Below, piece after piece: positions 22,901 through 34,130 of a DNA stretch of 64,000 nucleotides. The stretch lies in the NCBI GenBank assembly GCA_977862235.1, contig OZ374562.1, forward strand, positions 1 to 64,000. Reading direction: 5' to 3'. The position numbers and the translations under genes were made by a program. The stretch comes from Dudresnaya verticillata. Taxonomy: Eukaryota. The notes beneath the pieces are model-generated. The model was not told the origin of the DNA, ran no database searches, and saw only the letters and a program-made list of their open reading frames with translations. The first letter of the stretch is position 1; each line of letters starts with the position of its first letter.

Positions 22901-24904
22901 GTTCCCAATGGAAGAAGATATGCTAGCGCGTTGTTGAGGCTTTGGTGCCAGGTTGAACACACAAATGTGTAAGTACACGCTTCGCTGAGAACGGCACGAG
23001 ACTTCGTCTTCGATTTAAACCCGGGAGAAGAATGTAGGGGGAAGAGGGGCAACAAAGGCTAGTTGCAGGTAGGAAAAGAACGATTTAGCGATACTTCAGG
23101 CGCGGTGCACCTGCAAATGGGCCCTAGTGGACAGTGCTGTGTCACCCAAAAATAGAATAGCATCACTTTAGATATCTGCAGCACGTCTGGGAATTAGCGA
23201 TGAGTATACCAACTATGGATCGTTTGAGCCCTTTGGCGTGCGTCGGGTTTGCTGGTTCACTATTGTGCTTGATTTTCCAAAGCACCATTGTGCATGACAC
23301 CGGTTTGCAGGGAAGTTTGCGGTTGAAAGTACGGGCTTTGAATGGATTTTCAGGTGGCAGTCATTGTGGCATTGGCAACCTGGAGATTAGGAGTTATAAA
23401 ATGGATCAGTGTAGCGCGAAGTGTTATGTTCACGCCGGGGCGTAACGGGTTTTTACCGTTGTGTTAGGAAGTGTTCATGAGTTCTAGACAAACTCAAAGT
23501 TCGCCCGTTACAGACGTTATTGAGTTGCGACAGTATGATAGTAACAATATTAATAGTATATTAGTAGTGAAATTGCTACGCGTTGCGAGGAGTTCAACCA
23601 GTAGGATAAGAACAACAATGCTTTGCAGCAGAAAATCGGTGAATGACTAGCAAGAACGGCTCTGCTTGTAAACTGCTAGGTTGAAAAGAGTGGCCAATTC
23701 CAATACGGCTGGGTCACAAGACGTGTCTTGAGACACCCGGCTCGTTCTGAGGAAGTGAAAAGCATGGGAACTCTGGATCAAGAGCGGAAGGTCAGGAGTT
23801 TGATAAAGGGATGTAGAACGAGATAAATCACTGGTCTCTTGTCTTCGCGGAGGCTGTGCAGAAAATGCAGTATGCAAGATAGATTGGGGTCTGTAAACGC
23901 TATGAATGCTGTATAATATCGAACAGGTAGACGATGAAGGGGTTTTAATGGGTGGGTGTAGGTTGTGACACAACGGGACGCAAGTATTCTCAGTTGAACT
24001 GCAGCTGGTGTTAGAACTAAAATTGAAACTGGATATAAGGAGTGGCAAAGAACGGAGGGTCTGGTAGGTTTGTGCGCTGGAGAGCATGATCAGTTTAAAT
24101 GACTGCAGTGCATACAGTTCCCCCGAGGGGGAAAAGGGAGAAACATGGGTAGATGTCTCTGCGCCACGGGCACACATCGTGAGCAAGTCAAAAAGGTTGT
24201 GAGGGCGATAGCAGGGCGATTGTTCGATTGAAAGTTTTAGTTTTGCGGGTGTGGGAGCTGGAATCAAAACTTTGCAACGAAAAAGAAGGGGACGGGCTGC
24301 AGGTTTGTTGGGGAAGTGGAGGGAAAGAGCATTTGCAGAGTAGGTTTGGTTTCTTGCCGAGGCTTTCGACACAACGGCCAGAGCGTTCGAAGCTCGTGCG
24401 GCGCAGGAGATCGAGCGGAATGGGATGTGAAATTGGAACGGGACATGGACGGCAGCAATTCAGGAGCGTCACAGGAAGCGGACTGCACGTGTCGGGGTGG
24501 TGGCGGTGAATCGTCTCCTCTCTCCGACAGACGAATGCTGCCGGGGCGATTCGGTTGACAGCGTGGGCGTGGGCGGGGACCGGACAGACGGACGCAACAC
24601 GAGCATGTAGGTACATTTATTAGGACGATGGGCCAGAGAGGGCGCTTTGCGCTTTTGTTTTGGAGACTGGACCAACAGAGAAATGCCATTGTGGAGATTG
24701 AAGCGCGCGGCGCTGATCTCTTCAATCTGCCAATACTGCCACAGTGTCAAAAAGCATCGCGCTGCATACACTGAGCGAACCGACAGCCGTCTCCGCACCG
24801 CTATCGCGGCCCCGCACCGGGCCCTTCTCCAGCAATGCCCACCGGGCCTCCATAACTTCGTCTCTCGTCGACTCAAACCCTCGCGCCCCGTGCAGCACGC
24901 TCCG

Positions 24905-24944
<40 letters not shown>
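24905..24944. repeat. Poly(C)40 homopolymer (poly-G on the minus strand)
   Basis: Directly visible, ending 84 bp upstream of the bZIP ATG. Confidence 0.9.
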
Positions 24945-24945
<1 letters not shown>

Positions 24946-25027
24946 CCGCCCTCCGCCGCTCCCCCCCCGCCGCACTCCCCCCTTCCCCTCGCGCTGCGCC
25001 CGCCGCACCCCCGCTCTCCCAGCCGCC

Positions 25028-27229
25028 ATGGCTGCCAAACCAAGCCAAGTCCACCTCCCCATACCCTTGCTCAGCTCCGACCCTAACGCCCTCACCATGT
25101 CCTCCGAGAATAACGTCGCCAACTGCCTGCGCGCCGCCCTGCGCATGCCGGCGGCCCAGCGCTGGGTCGCCGACTGGCTCTTCGCAGACCTCCCGCAAAC
25201 CCCCTTCCACAAGAACCTCCCCCTTCCGCCCCACGCCCTTCAGAACGCTCTCGCCCTGCACGCACAGCACAACATCTCCATCCCGGCCTCCATCTTCGCC
25301 GCCTCCAATGCCGGTCAGCAGCAACCATGTGCACAGCAGCAGCCTCAGCAGCCGCAGCCGCAGCAACACCGCTATCAGCGCAACCAACAGCCACAACAGC
25401 AGCCGCCAAACTTTGTCACCACAAAGGTGGTCGACCTCATCTTCGTCCCCGTCGCTTCCATGGACTCCACAATCGTCGGCTACTCCCTCGGACTAGGCCC
25501 CCGTAACCGCGCCCCCCTACGCGACGCTATCCCGTCAAACCCCTTCAACACACCGTTTGCCGCCCGCTTCGCCTTCGACACTTCCGTGCACGACCTCCTG
25601 CTCGTCACCCATGGCGCCACACCTCCGGTCATCGGCATCATTGCAATGTCCTGGTCGCGAGAGCGCACCCGCGACCAGTTCACATTTGCCGTTCCAAGCG
25701 ATGAGTACTCATTTGACAAGCTTCCCTCAACTGTTCTTTCCATGTTCAGCAATATCGAACATCGTTTTGAAGACTTGCCATTCGCTGCGCGCGCTATGCT
25801 TTCCAACGAGGATGACCTTCATCTGCCTTCCGATGACCGCCCCTCCGCTCATGCGCCGCCCGATCCACCGAGACCCGAACCCACCCGCCAGGTATATCAA
25901 GAGGAGAGCAGCACCGAGTCCCCGTCCGGCTCCACATCGTCCACAGACGGTTTCCTCGACGAACGGCCACCGGATTCGTCCCTCCTCTTCAATGAGCTCT
26001 TGGGACCGGAGCTGTTGGGAACCGTGCCCTTGAAGACCGCCGGAAGCAATTCCCCGGTCTTACAGCCGGACCTCATAGAAAAGTTGCTCGGCCCAGACGC
26101 GCAGAGCAATGTGCCAGATAGCAACGTCTCCGCTTGGGGTCAACTCCAGACGCCGCCTGCCCCGCAAGGTGCTGAGCGCGGTTCCCGAAAGGACTCTCAG
26201 TTGCATGCCCTTACCCCGACTACTCACCTCCCTTGGATTGTGGGTTCCGACGGTTCCGCGGCAGATGGCTTGGCCATTTCTCCCAAGCCTGCTGACGAAA
26301 GCACTTCTTCTGGGGCGTTTGCGATGGGACGACTAGAGCGTGCTCTCACGACACTTGCTGATCAGCTACGTGGACGCTTCTACGGGCCGACAGTCCGCAT
26401 GGACTCGCTGCACATCCTTACCGGGCGCTATACATCGATGTACACAGGCAAGATTACCTATGCTGTACGTAACTTGGATCTCCGTGCTATCACGTTCCTC
26501 AAGGAAGCGTTTGCCCACGAATATTACCAAGCTGTCTTGGCAGTGGGGCCGGACCAGCGGCTTGTCACGCCGTTCCAGGAGGAGGTTGCAAACGCAGAAC
26601 ATAAGGTCAACGGGATGCATGCATTAGAGGGCCTGCAGCACCACGTAGAGAACGCCGAGTTGCAAGAAGAGTCGGAGGACGGACCTGTAGAAATGTTTGT
26701 CGGGGCAGTGCCCAGGACCTTGACGCACGTGAACGGTGTGCGATATGGTCAGAACATAGGTATTGCAAGTCCGATGAGCGGAGTGGTCGCAGGCGGCATG
26801 AAGCCGCCGCCTGTACTGCCAATTATACTGCCCAGAACGTCGACGATGACAACGTCGTCGTCCAATCCGTATTGTGGAGGCACTACGGACGACGGCGAAA
26901 AGCTGGTTTATATTGCACCAGCTGCTCGTGCGGAAGCAGACAAGTCCGCTGCCGAAAGCTCGGCCACAATAGCGAAAAAGGCTGAGCAAAAGGTCGAGAG
27001 CAAGGAAGAACGAAAGGCCCGAATGGAAGCGGAAAGAAGGAAGCGGAACCGCCTCAGCGCAGCACGGAGTAACCTGCGGAAGAAGTTGGAGTTGGAGGCT
27101 GTGCGGAAGGAGATAGAATCCAACCGGCAGCGAATGGTAGAACTCGGCGAGCGCCACCGTCTTGCAGTCACTGAGAACGAGCGTCTACGAAGAATGGTTG
27201 CAGAACGTGCCGGCTTGGTAGGCCGATGA
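25028..27229 (+). CDS. bZIP transcription factor (C-terminal bZIP, Gln-rich N-terminal region)
   Basis: Basic region ERRKRNRLSAARSNLRKK followed by a heptad zipper ending ENERLRRMV. Gln-rich tract. Start taken at gccgccATG 25028. Confidence 0.85.
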   Translation: MAAKPSQVHLPIPLLSSDPNALTMSSENNVANCLRAALRMPAAQRWVADWLFADLPQTPFHKNLPLPPHALQNALALHAQHNISIPASIFAASNAGQQQPCAQQQPQQPQPQQHRYQRNQQPQQQPPNFVTTKVVDLIFVPVASMDSTIVGYSLGLGPRNRAPLRDAIPSNPFNTPFAARFAFDTSVHDLLLVTHGATPPVIGIIAMSWSRERTRDQFTFAVPSDEYSFDKLPSTVLSMFSNIEHRFEDLPFAARAMLSNEDDLHLPSDDRPSAHAPPDPPRPEPTRQVYQEESSTESPSGSTSSTDGFLDERPPDSSLLFNELLGPELLGTVPLKTAGSNSPVLQPDLIEKLLGPDAQSNVPDSNVSAWGQLQTPPAPQGAERGSRKDSQLHALTPTTHLPWIVGSDGSAADGLAISPKPADESTSSGAFAMGRLERALTTLADQLRGRFYGPTVRMDSLHILTGRYTSMYTGKITYAVRNLDLRAITFLKEAFAHEYYQAVLAVGPDQRLVTPFQEEVANAEHKVNGMHALEGLQHHVENAELQEESEDGPVEMFVGAVPRTLTHVNGVRYGQNIGIASPMSGVVAGGMKPPPVLPIILPRTSTMTTSSSNPYCGGTTDDGEKLVYIAPAARAEADKSAAESSATIAKKAEQKVESKEERKARMEAERRKRNRLSAARSNLRKKLELEAVRKEIESNRQRMVELGERHRLAVTENERLRRMVAERAGLVGR

Positions 27230-28030
27230 TGACGCCCTGCGCTAGCAATGATGTTTGCTCTGATGCTTTCAATGCATATGGTCGGTCTGTTGATAACTGA
27301 ATATCGCTCGTTGAGGCGTCGTTGGCACAGGCAAGTCATTCGGTGCGCAGCGGCTCGCAATAGAGAGCTTGTACAAAGAGATGAACTAAAGACAATTCCG
27401 CTGATAGCGGGCTGTATAATGTATCATGTGAGCGCCATCCCTAGCCTGATTGTTTCTCTACCAGTTGCAGTTGTGGACTGTACTTACTCGGAGTTCAACA
27501 CGCGCAATGGCAGTATCGCATCATTCTCTGCACGCAAGAGGAATACTTGACATCACATGGTATTGATCTCGGCGTGAAGGAGCCCAAACCCAGCCAGTTT
27601 TATTCGCGTTTGTGTCCTACTCGAGAGGTGATGTACCGGGTGCGATGTGCGAGCGTTATGAAGGCTTGAACGCACTCTGTGGGCCCGAGTAGGAGCTGGT
27701 CGACCAGGGTGTTTGTACTCGACGGCAACCAAAATTGAGATGTTCGCAGGACTTTGCAGTGATATGCAGACAGGGCGACGGGGCCAGATCAGGAGGAATG
27801 GTGAGGAAGATACATGTAGTCAAGGAATCGCCGGAGCCTACGCGTGCGTATGGTGGTGTGCTTTGACGGTACTCGTCCAGCAGCTCAGCACAAACTCGGC
27901 GTTTCTGCAAGGATATAGCGAGTAGGTATCATCAAGTCATTGTTCGTCATGTTTCTCGAAGCGAAGAAATAGCCACTGACGTGGACGGCCCAGGGCTCAA
28001 TGTCAATGGTGATCCCTTGAGCAATAAGGC

Positions 28031-28828
28031 TCACCATGGTAGCTCGCCAAAAGGCTCAAGGCCGCCTTCAAGCGCATAGACTCCAAAGCCAAGCGATCGA
28101 TCGCCAAGCGGAGCAATAAACTTGCCCGTACTCTCTAGGGTAAGGCGTTCGACAGCCTGGATGATAGCTGCTGCAGAGACTTCGGGCTGCACTGCACCGA
28201 GGTCATCGTAACTATCAGCATAATGCTCAGTCATGGCGGTGCGCAAAAAGCCAGGGTGCAAGCAAACAACAGGAACTCCATGCGGCTTGAGGTCGATGGC
28301 GAGTAACCTCCCAAGCATGTTGGACGCAGCCTTGGACATGTGATGGCCGTAGCTGCCACCGCCCTCCCTATGGGTGCGCAAGCCGATGGAGCCGCCCTCG
28401 GAGGTGATCAAGGCGAGTTTGCAGGCGGGGTTGAGCAAGCCTGCGTTAAAAAGCGCGGACGCAATGCGCAGCGGAGCAACTGCACACACGCGGTACATGG
28501 CGAGCGTGGAGGGCTCGTGCGGGGCATGTAGGGTGTCCGGGACGAGGAGGCCGGCGACAAAGTACACAGTGGCGAGGGCGTGCGGGTGGGCTTTAACAGC
28601 GGTGATGATTGCGGAGGCCGGGTCATCGGAGAGCAGGTCGACCGACGGGAGGACGGTGAGCCGCGTCTGGTGGGTGGACTGCAGCGCGGTCAGGGAATCC
28701 GAGGGGCGTCGGCATGTAGCCAGGACGTGTGCGTCGGGCGAGTTGGAGAGGACTTGGGCAGTTAGGGCGTGGCCCAGGCCGCCTGTGGCGCCGATTATCA
28801 GGGTTAGGGTCGTGGCTGGGGTGGACAT
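28031..28828 (-). CDS. Short-chain dehydrogenase/reductase, CsgA/C-factor-like
   Basis: Rossmann motif IIGATGGLG; ATCR; ITSEGGSIG; catalytic segment YGHHMSKAA; LHPGFLRTAMT; LTLESTGKF. Confidence 0.92.
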   Translation of the reverse strand: MSTPATTLTLIIGATGGLGHALTAQVLSNSPDAHVLATCRRPSDSLTALQSTHQTRLTVLPSVDLLSDDPASAIITAVKAHPHALATVYFVAGLLVPDTLHAPHEPSTLAMYRVCAVAPLRIASALFNAGLLNPACKLALITSEGGSIGLRTHREGGGSYGHHMSKAASNMLGRLLAIDLKPHGVPVVCLHPGFLRTAMTEHYADSYDDLGAVQPEVSAAAIIQAVERLTLESTGKFIAPLGDRSLGFGVYALEGGLEPFGELPW

Positions 28829-29431
28829 GTTGGGGTGGAGGGTTTCGCGGGCGGGTGTTACGAAGGTGGGAGCCGGACCTAATAGGGGATGGGCGCCGGC
28901 GTAGAAACTGGAGCGGCTGTCGACACCTCGGATTGATCTCTCAATGGCATGGCGTGATGCGGACGAAGTGGGGTTTTATCCGCTGCGGATAACATTACAG
29001 GCATTAATAATCGGCAGCGAGCGTTGGTCGTGAGGGTGTGATGCACGGCAGGCTGCGCAGAGTTTGGAACGGTGACGTTGGGCAGCGCGGAGAAGGCAAA
29101 GGCTTGGTGGAGGCGGGTGTTCCGTCGTGCTTTGCTCAGTGTCGGCGCGAAAGCGTGAGGCGCGCGAGCGAAGGTCGAGCGCGGACAAGCGCGCCCTCAG
29201 TGGCCCTCCAGCCGCTGTCGTGGGAGTCCTCTCTCCGCAGCCCGTCCGAAATAATAATAACATTTTCCAGCACACGTTCCACCTCGCTGCCCTCAACCAC
29301 CGCCTCTTGACGACCAGCGCGACACTTCGCCCCCACCCGCCACCCCCGCCCCTCCCGCACCGCCCCTTCTCCTCCCAACCCCCCTCCTCCCCTCTCCCCC
29401 GCACCCCAAGCCCGACCCCAACCTCACCACC

Positions 29432-30436
29432 ATGCCGCCGCACGGCCGCGCCATCTCCAAGCGCCCGGCCCGCTCCGTCCCGTCTTCCACTGCCGCGGAC
29501 GCCGCCGCAGTCGCTCTGCTCGCCCAGCAGCTTGAGTCGTCCGTTTCTCTCACCCCATCTGCCGCCCCGTCCGCCCCGCCGCCGCCGTCCCCGAACCCGC
29601 CGTCTGCACAACCTGCTACGCCGGCCTCCCTCCGCCTCCACCCGCTCCCGCACGTGCACACCGGGCAGACCCCGGCTCGCCACGCCGCACCCTCGCGCCG
29701 CCCGAGAATCATGTACAGGCATGCGTCGCCGCTCTCCGCCAACCTGGGCGCCCCGTCCCTCTCCCCCTCCTCTGCTACGCACCAGCGCTTGGCTGCCCGT
29801 CTCCGCACACACGTCTCCATGAGCCTCTCGTCCCGCGGCTCAGCCGTTTCCCCTCCCAACCTCCGGTTTCGCCACCGCCGCGTGTCGACCGGTTCCGCTG
29901 CCAACGGCACAGCCCGCCATCGTCTTCGCCACGTTGTGTACAACTTGGACCGTCGCATCCGCCTCTCACAGTTGCGCGCTCATCGCCTCAACTACGCTAA
30001 CGACTTCAACGGCAGGCAGCTGGACATAGCTGCCATCATCCACCGTGTCCGTGCCATGGCCTTCGCGCAGCAGCAGGTCCTCGACCTTGTGCACAATGGC
30101 GCTTCTAGGAACGAAATCTGCGCCGCTATGGCTCTCGCCGCCCGCACCGCCCAGCAGCTTGCCACTGCCCGTTTTGTTGCTGCTGACAACTTGGTCACCC
30201 TGGTCACCGCTGACCATTTGCGCCCTAGCACCACTGGCGATACCTCTAGTGCGCCGCGCCCGGAGGGCACCAGTGCTGGCGGCCCTAATGGTGACGCCGT
30301 GTCCCCTGGGGCTGCCCCACAGCAGGTTGACCCGTCCCCACGCCCAGAAGCTCAGAGCGCTGCTCCTGAGGGATCCGCACCCATGGCCGCAACGGAGTCC
30401 ACTGCCATGGATGCTGATGACGATGTCATGCAGTAG
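29432..30436 (+). CDS. Hypothetical protein (Pro/Ser-rich N-terminus, basic helical core, acidic tail)
   Basis: 334-aa ORF from caccaccATG. C-rich 5' region like neighbouring genes. Divergent from the SDR gene. No family recognised. Confidence 0.65.
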   Translation: MPPHGRAISKRPARSVPSSTAADAAAVALLAQQLESSVSLTPSAAPSAPPPPSPNPPSAQPATPASLRLHPLPHVHTGQTPARHAAPSRRPRIMYRHASPLSANLGAPSLSPSSATHQRLAARLRTHVSMSLSSRGSAVSPPNLRFRHRRVSTGSAANGTARHRLRHVVYNLDRRIRLSQLRAHRLNYANDFNGRQLDIAAIIHRVRAMAFAQQQVLDLVHNGASRNEICAAMALAARTAQQLATARFVAADNLVTLVTADHLRPSTTGDTSSAPRPEGTSAGGPNGDAVSPGAAPQQVDPSPRPEAQSAAPEGSAPMAATESTAMDADDDVMQ

Positions 30437-30932
30437 CAAGCGCAACAATACTTTCGTGCATTACGTGGAGGAGAATGTTCTTGTCTTTGAAACTTACATT
30501 TACAGTCATTGCCAGTGGATCTGTCATGTCCAGAACAATGTAACTCCGTCGCGCAAAGTGCGAAGAGTGTATCATATGCGTCGTTGTATTAACGACGCAT
30601 CATTCGATGCACGTAGAAGGTGTTGGTAGGAGCGCCCGAGAAGCTTTCGAGGAGATCGTTTTGGTCAGGGTTTGTGGGTCCCTATACGTTGACATCGGAG
30701 AACGGCAAGACTCCTGAGCAAGGAAAGGAAGACTCAGTCTGTCTTGTTGAGCTCAATCAAAAGTATGTTCACATATAGGCTCTCTGCCTATCGTACTCCG
30801 CTAGTGATGTGTACATTGTCTTCCGTATCTTGTGTACATACTGTCTCAAATTAGAATCCAGAAGGTTTACTTGTAAAGGTCCGGCTTAGAACGTTACTGC
30901 AGATAGTCTATAACTCAACCAACACCATTTTT

Positions 30933-32065
30933 CTATGGCCCAAATCGAACGGCAAGTCTCAATGCGGTCTCCTCCGCATGCGTCCCGTATCGCGCGGCGA
31001 GAGCCATAAAGCTCAAACCAGCCGTTTTTGAACCGACTGGAAGTCCTCTGCGATACTTTGGGCTATTCACCAGAATAACGCTCCGCATACAACCGACAAT
31101 CCCACAATACGTGCGCATCATCATTACGCGCCCCTCAAACTCGACCATATGCCCCGGTGTAGCACAGCTCAGTCCGGCATCACACAGCACAACAGTCCAA
31201 AGATGGCGCTCAAACACAAGCTCATGGGCGCCAAGGTGCTCCAAAGCCGTACCATCCACGCAAGCGCCCTTCTCAGTGTCCTTGTCTTGTCCCTCGTTGT
31301 GCTCGCCCCAATTATCATCTGGAGGTGAGCACCCTGCCACGTCGCCACACGGGGCGGGACTCGGTCTCAAACCCAGTCCCGCCAGCGGTAAGGTGGGCAC
31401 TTGCTGCAAATATTCCAAGTACTCCTCAGCGAGCTGCGAGACACATAGAGCAGCCGGAGCGCTCTTCGTGATGCCGAACTTGCCTGGCGAGCATATGGCC
31501 CTCGCGGAAATCTCTCCCTCCGAGTAGGCAGTCGCCACCACGGTCACAAATTCCACTCTTCTGCTCTAGGCAACAGAAACACCTTTTCCCGTCCAGACAG
31601 GGCCCTCTGCCCCCATCCGGGAGGATATTTGTGCAGATGCGACCGGTGGCGCACTGCGAGGTTGCTTGGCAAGGCTCGAGGGTACGTCCCTGCAAAGAAT
31701 CGGGCTACAGTGGCTTGCGCGGCGTGTCAACGAGGGCATATGCGTTAGGGGTGGTAGAGCGCGGCGAATACGGATACGCAGGGCGGCTTTTTCGTTCCGG
31801 TACGCAAGTCACAAGCAGCTTCCACTGGGCAATCGGACGAGGACTTGCAGCATGCTGGGCAGTGCAACAGGAGGCTGCAGAAATAGGCTTTGTCGGCGGA
31901 GCATCTTGTCGGGTTGTGTGGGGGCTTGTTTGGAGGTGCAGATGAGCGGCGGGGCGCACTGGGAGGAGGTCTCGCATGGGTCGTGCACAAGGGCGTGTGA
32001 GGGAATCCCGGAGAGCGGGTGTGGAGGGCCAGTAGCAGGAGAACGAAGGTTCGGATGGCGTGCAT
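30933..32065 (-). CDS. Secreted Cys-rich protein with a C-terminal domain (possibly Hint-like); spliced, with one unresolved frameshift
   Basis: Exon 1 (32065-31778): signal peptide MHAIRTFVLLLLAL, Pro-rich and Cys-rich. Candidate phase-0 intron 31777-31705 (GTATCC...CTAAC...CTGTAG) leads to a second Cys-rich module (CQATSQCATGRIC...CFCC...CDRGGDC). A frame change near 31500-31550 is needed to reach the frame ending at 30933 (GACVDG...VLCD..SCATPGHMV...VNSP...LAARY). Confidence 0.6.
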
Positions 32066-32483
32066 AGTGCGAGGAAGTGGTCAGCGGAGGGTGCGGGTGT
32101 GATGGTTGGTGGGGAGGGTGTGCGGAGAGTCGGGATGTTGGGGCAGTACATGTCGGGGGGGTTCGGGGAGCGAGCAGGGTGGTTGAAGTGGTGGCGGAGA
32201 AGGGCACGAAGACCCCGGCGGAGGACTCGGACAGGATCTGCGGCAATGCAAACGTCGTATCTGCAAAAGCGTTGGTTGTGCCCACACGGCGCATTTACGG
32301 AACAGCCAATTGTGCAGCATCGGACACGTGACGTTGCAACCGTAATTTGCACAGATTCTCTGCAAAGGGTCGCATTTCCAGTTGCATCGAAGGCCCAGAT
32401 TCACCCTCCCATTTATGTCGCACTGTTACAGCCCTCCCTCGCTTCCAGCCCCCGTCGCCTCTCCACATAGTCTTCCCTCCACA

Positions 32484-34130
32484 ATGATTGCAGAGCCGCC
32501 GTCCACCCAGTATGCTCTCAAAGGCACGATCCTCGAGCCCACACTCCGTTTCAGAGAGGACATGTCAAAGTATCTTTCCGAGCTCAATTCCAGTGATACT
32601 GTCATCACACTTCAATTTCTCGGTGGCCAGTCCTGCAAAATCCACCTCTTGAGAATCAGAAGGGTGGAAGGGCCGCTGCTTGAACTTGCGGGCTCTCTGG
32701 AAAACACCCTCACCCTCCCGTTCAAATGCGATTCCGCATGCATGACTGTTATTCGCAACTTTCTCTACGGCAACAAAATTGAACTCTCCGGCCTAACTCT
32801 ACACCAGGTTCTGTTCAGTATGACTCTTTCTTACGACTGGAAACTTTTAGATCTCTTCCGTGGGCTAGCCCGCTTCATCAAAAGACTCGATCTGTTACGA
32901 TCTCCACAAGACATTCTCGAAACCCAACGGGCTCTCAATGTCCTTGAGACTCCTCGAGATGTCCTTATCTACTTCTGGAGTACGGCAGGTTTATACTTCG
33001 AAGGCATCGCAGAGCAACTAAACATACATTATGGGAGACAACACCTTGTTGACGTGGGCTCGTCAACAGAAATCACAGTCATGCTACAAACTGATCCCAA
33101 ATCATGTGAACCTAATACTTCTTCTTCATCTGAACAATCCTTATGCACAGGAGACATATTTTCGACGTGCACTCGATCTACCGAGTTAGGAGAGAAGGCA
33201 GCACCAGTGATACTGATTAATGGAAATCTTCGCAACGAAGGGTCAGAAGATGAGTCAGAATCTGGTAGGCGAGGCCAAGAACGCAAAAAGAACACTTGGA
33301 AAGTCCCAAATTGTAGCTTATTATACCTTTGGGAACTTGCTGCTTCTCACGGTATGGTCAAGAGCTTTCTTCTGGGAGTCCTTCGATCGACGAAGAACAG
33401 GGAGACTAGGAAGTATCTGCTCCGACTTCTTTTGGAACCCCTTGAGCCTCTTCTCAAAAATGATGATGAGGTATGCACCCTTCTCACCTATCTGAGACCT
33501 GATTATCACATTCTCTGTGACATTCTGGGAACGAAGCAGCACAGTGCTACAGGCACCAGCCGAGGAATGAGTCTGCTTGTCAAGTCTATACATTCCTGTC
33601 GTATGACGCGCCAAGAAATGAGGTACTCCTGGGTTGCAAAACTTTTCGGCAACCTTGTCTTTGAGAAGGAGGTAATCTTTACGCCGGAGAGCGCAGATCT
33701 ATTAGCGCAAGGCAAGAGGTGTGTGAAAGAGTATGTGAAAAATGAGATAATGCAAAAAAAGACCAAATGCAGGGTACACAACAGCGAAATCGTTTTGGAA
33801 TCCTCCGTGGTGTTCAGGATGAAGTTTGAGCACAGCTTTGGGAATTCGTGTAGCGTAAGCGTGAGCTGGAGGGCTGGGCTGGTGTTTAAGACGCCAGGGG
33901 CAAAGATTGTAGTGGAAGTAGGGGTGTTTGAGAACAATTGTTTGTGCGACTACTATCTTCCTTATGAGCATGGATGTGATACTTTGATGTACGGGAAGAC
34001 GGAAAGTTGTGTTACGCATGACGGTGAACTCCTAGTGACAATGAATAATGGAAAGATAGATGACTATCACAGAGTTCATTGTGATGACTGTGACGTAGTG
34101 ATTTCCCTCGTTGTTCGCCTACTTGAATAA
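32484..34130 (+). CDS. BTB/POZ-domain protein (family member 3)
   Basis: KIHLLRIRRVEGPLLEL...IRNFLYG...YDWKLLDLFRG; LWELAASHG; LEP; C-terminal ENNCLC...RVHCDDCDVVISLVVR. Alternative start at 32415. Confidence 0.8.
   Translation: MIAEPPSTQYALKGTILEPTLRFREDMSKYLSELNSSDTVITLQFLGGQSCKIHLLRIRRVEGPLLELAGSLENTLTLPFKCDSACMTVIRNFLYGNKIELSGLTLHQVLFSMTLSYDWKLLDLFRGLARFIKRLDLLRSPQDILETQRALNVLETPRDVLIYFWSTAGLYFEGIAEQLNIHYGRQHLVDVGSSTEITVMLQTDPKSCEPNTSSSSEQSLCTGDIFSTCTRSTELGEKAAPVILINGNLRNEGSEDESESGRRGQERKKNTWKVPNCSLLYLWELAASHGMVKSFLLGVLRSTKNRETRKYLLRLLLEPLEPLLKNDDEVCTLLTYLRPDYHILCDILGTKQHSATGTSRGMSLLVKSIHSCRMTRQEMRYSWVAKLFGNLVFEKEVIFTPESADLLAQGKRCVKEYVKNEIMQKKTKCRVHNSEIVLESSVVFRMKFEHSFGNSCSVSVSWRAGLVFKTPGAKIVVEVGVFENNCLCDYYLPYEHGCDTLMYGKTESCVTHDGELLVTMNNGKIDDYHRVHCDDCDVVISLVVRLLE

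Noticed and set aside
22100..24372. Gene on the minus strand (ORFs 23647-24372, 22112-22501 and others)
   Set aside because: No recognisable motifs or consistent splice model. It may be a decayed gene but I cannot support a call.
24647..25027. Poly-Pro N-terminal extension of the bZIP ORF and poly-Gly antisense ORFs
   Set aside because: These arise from the C40 tract and a non-ATG ORF start. A good-context ATG lies at 25028.
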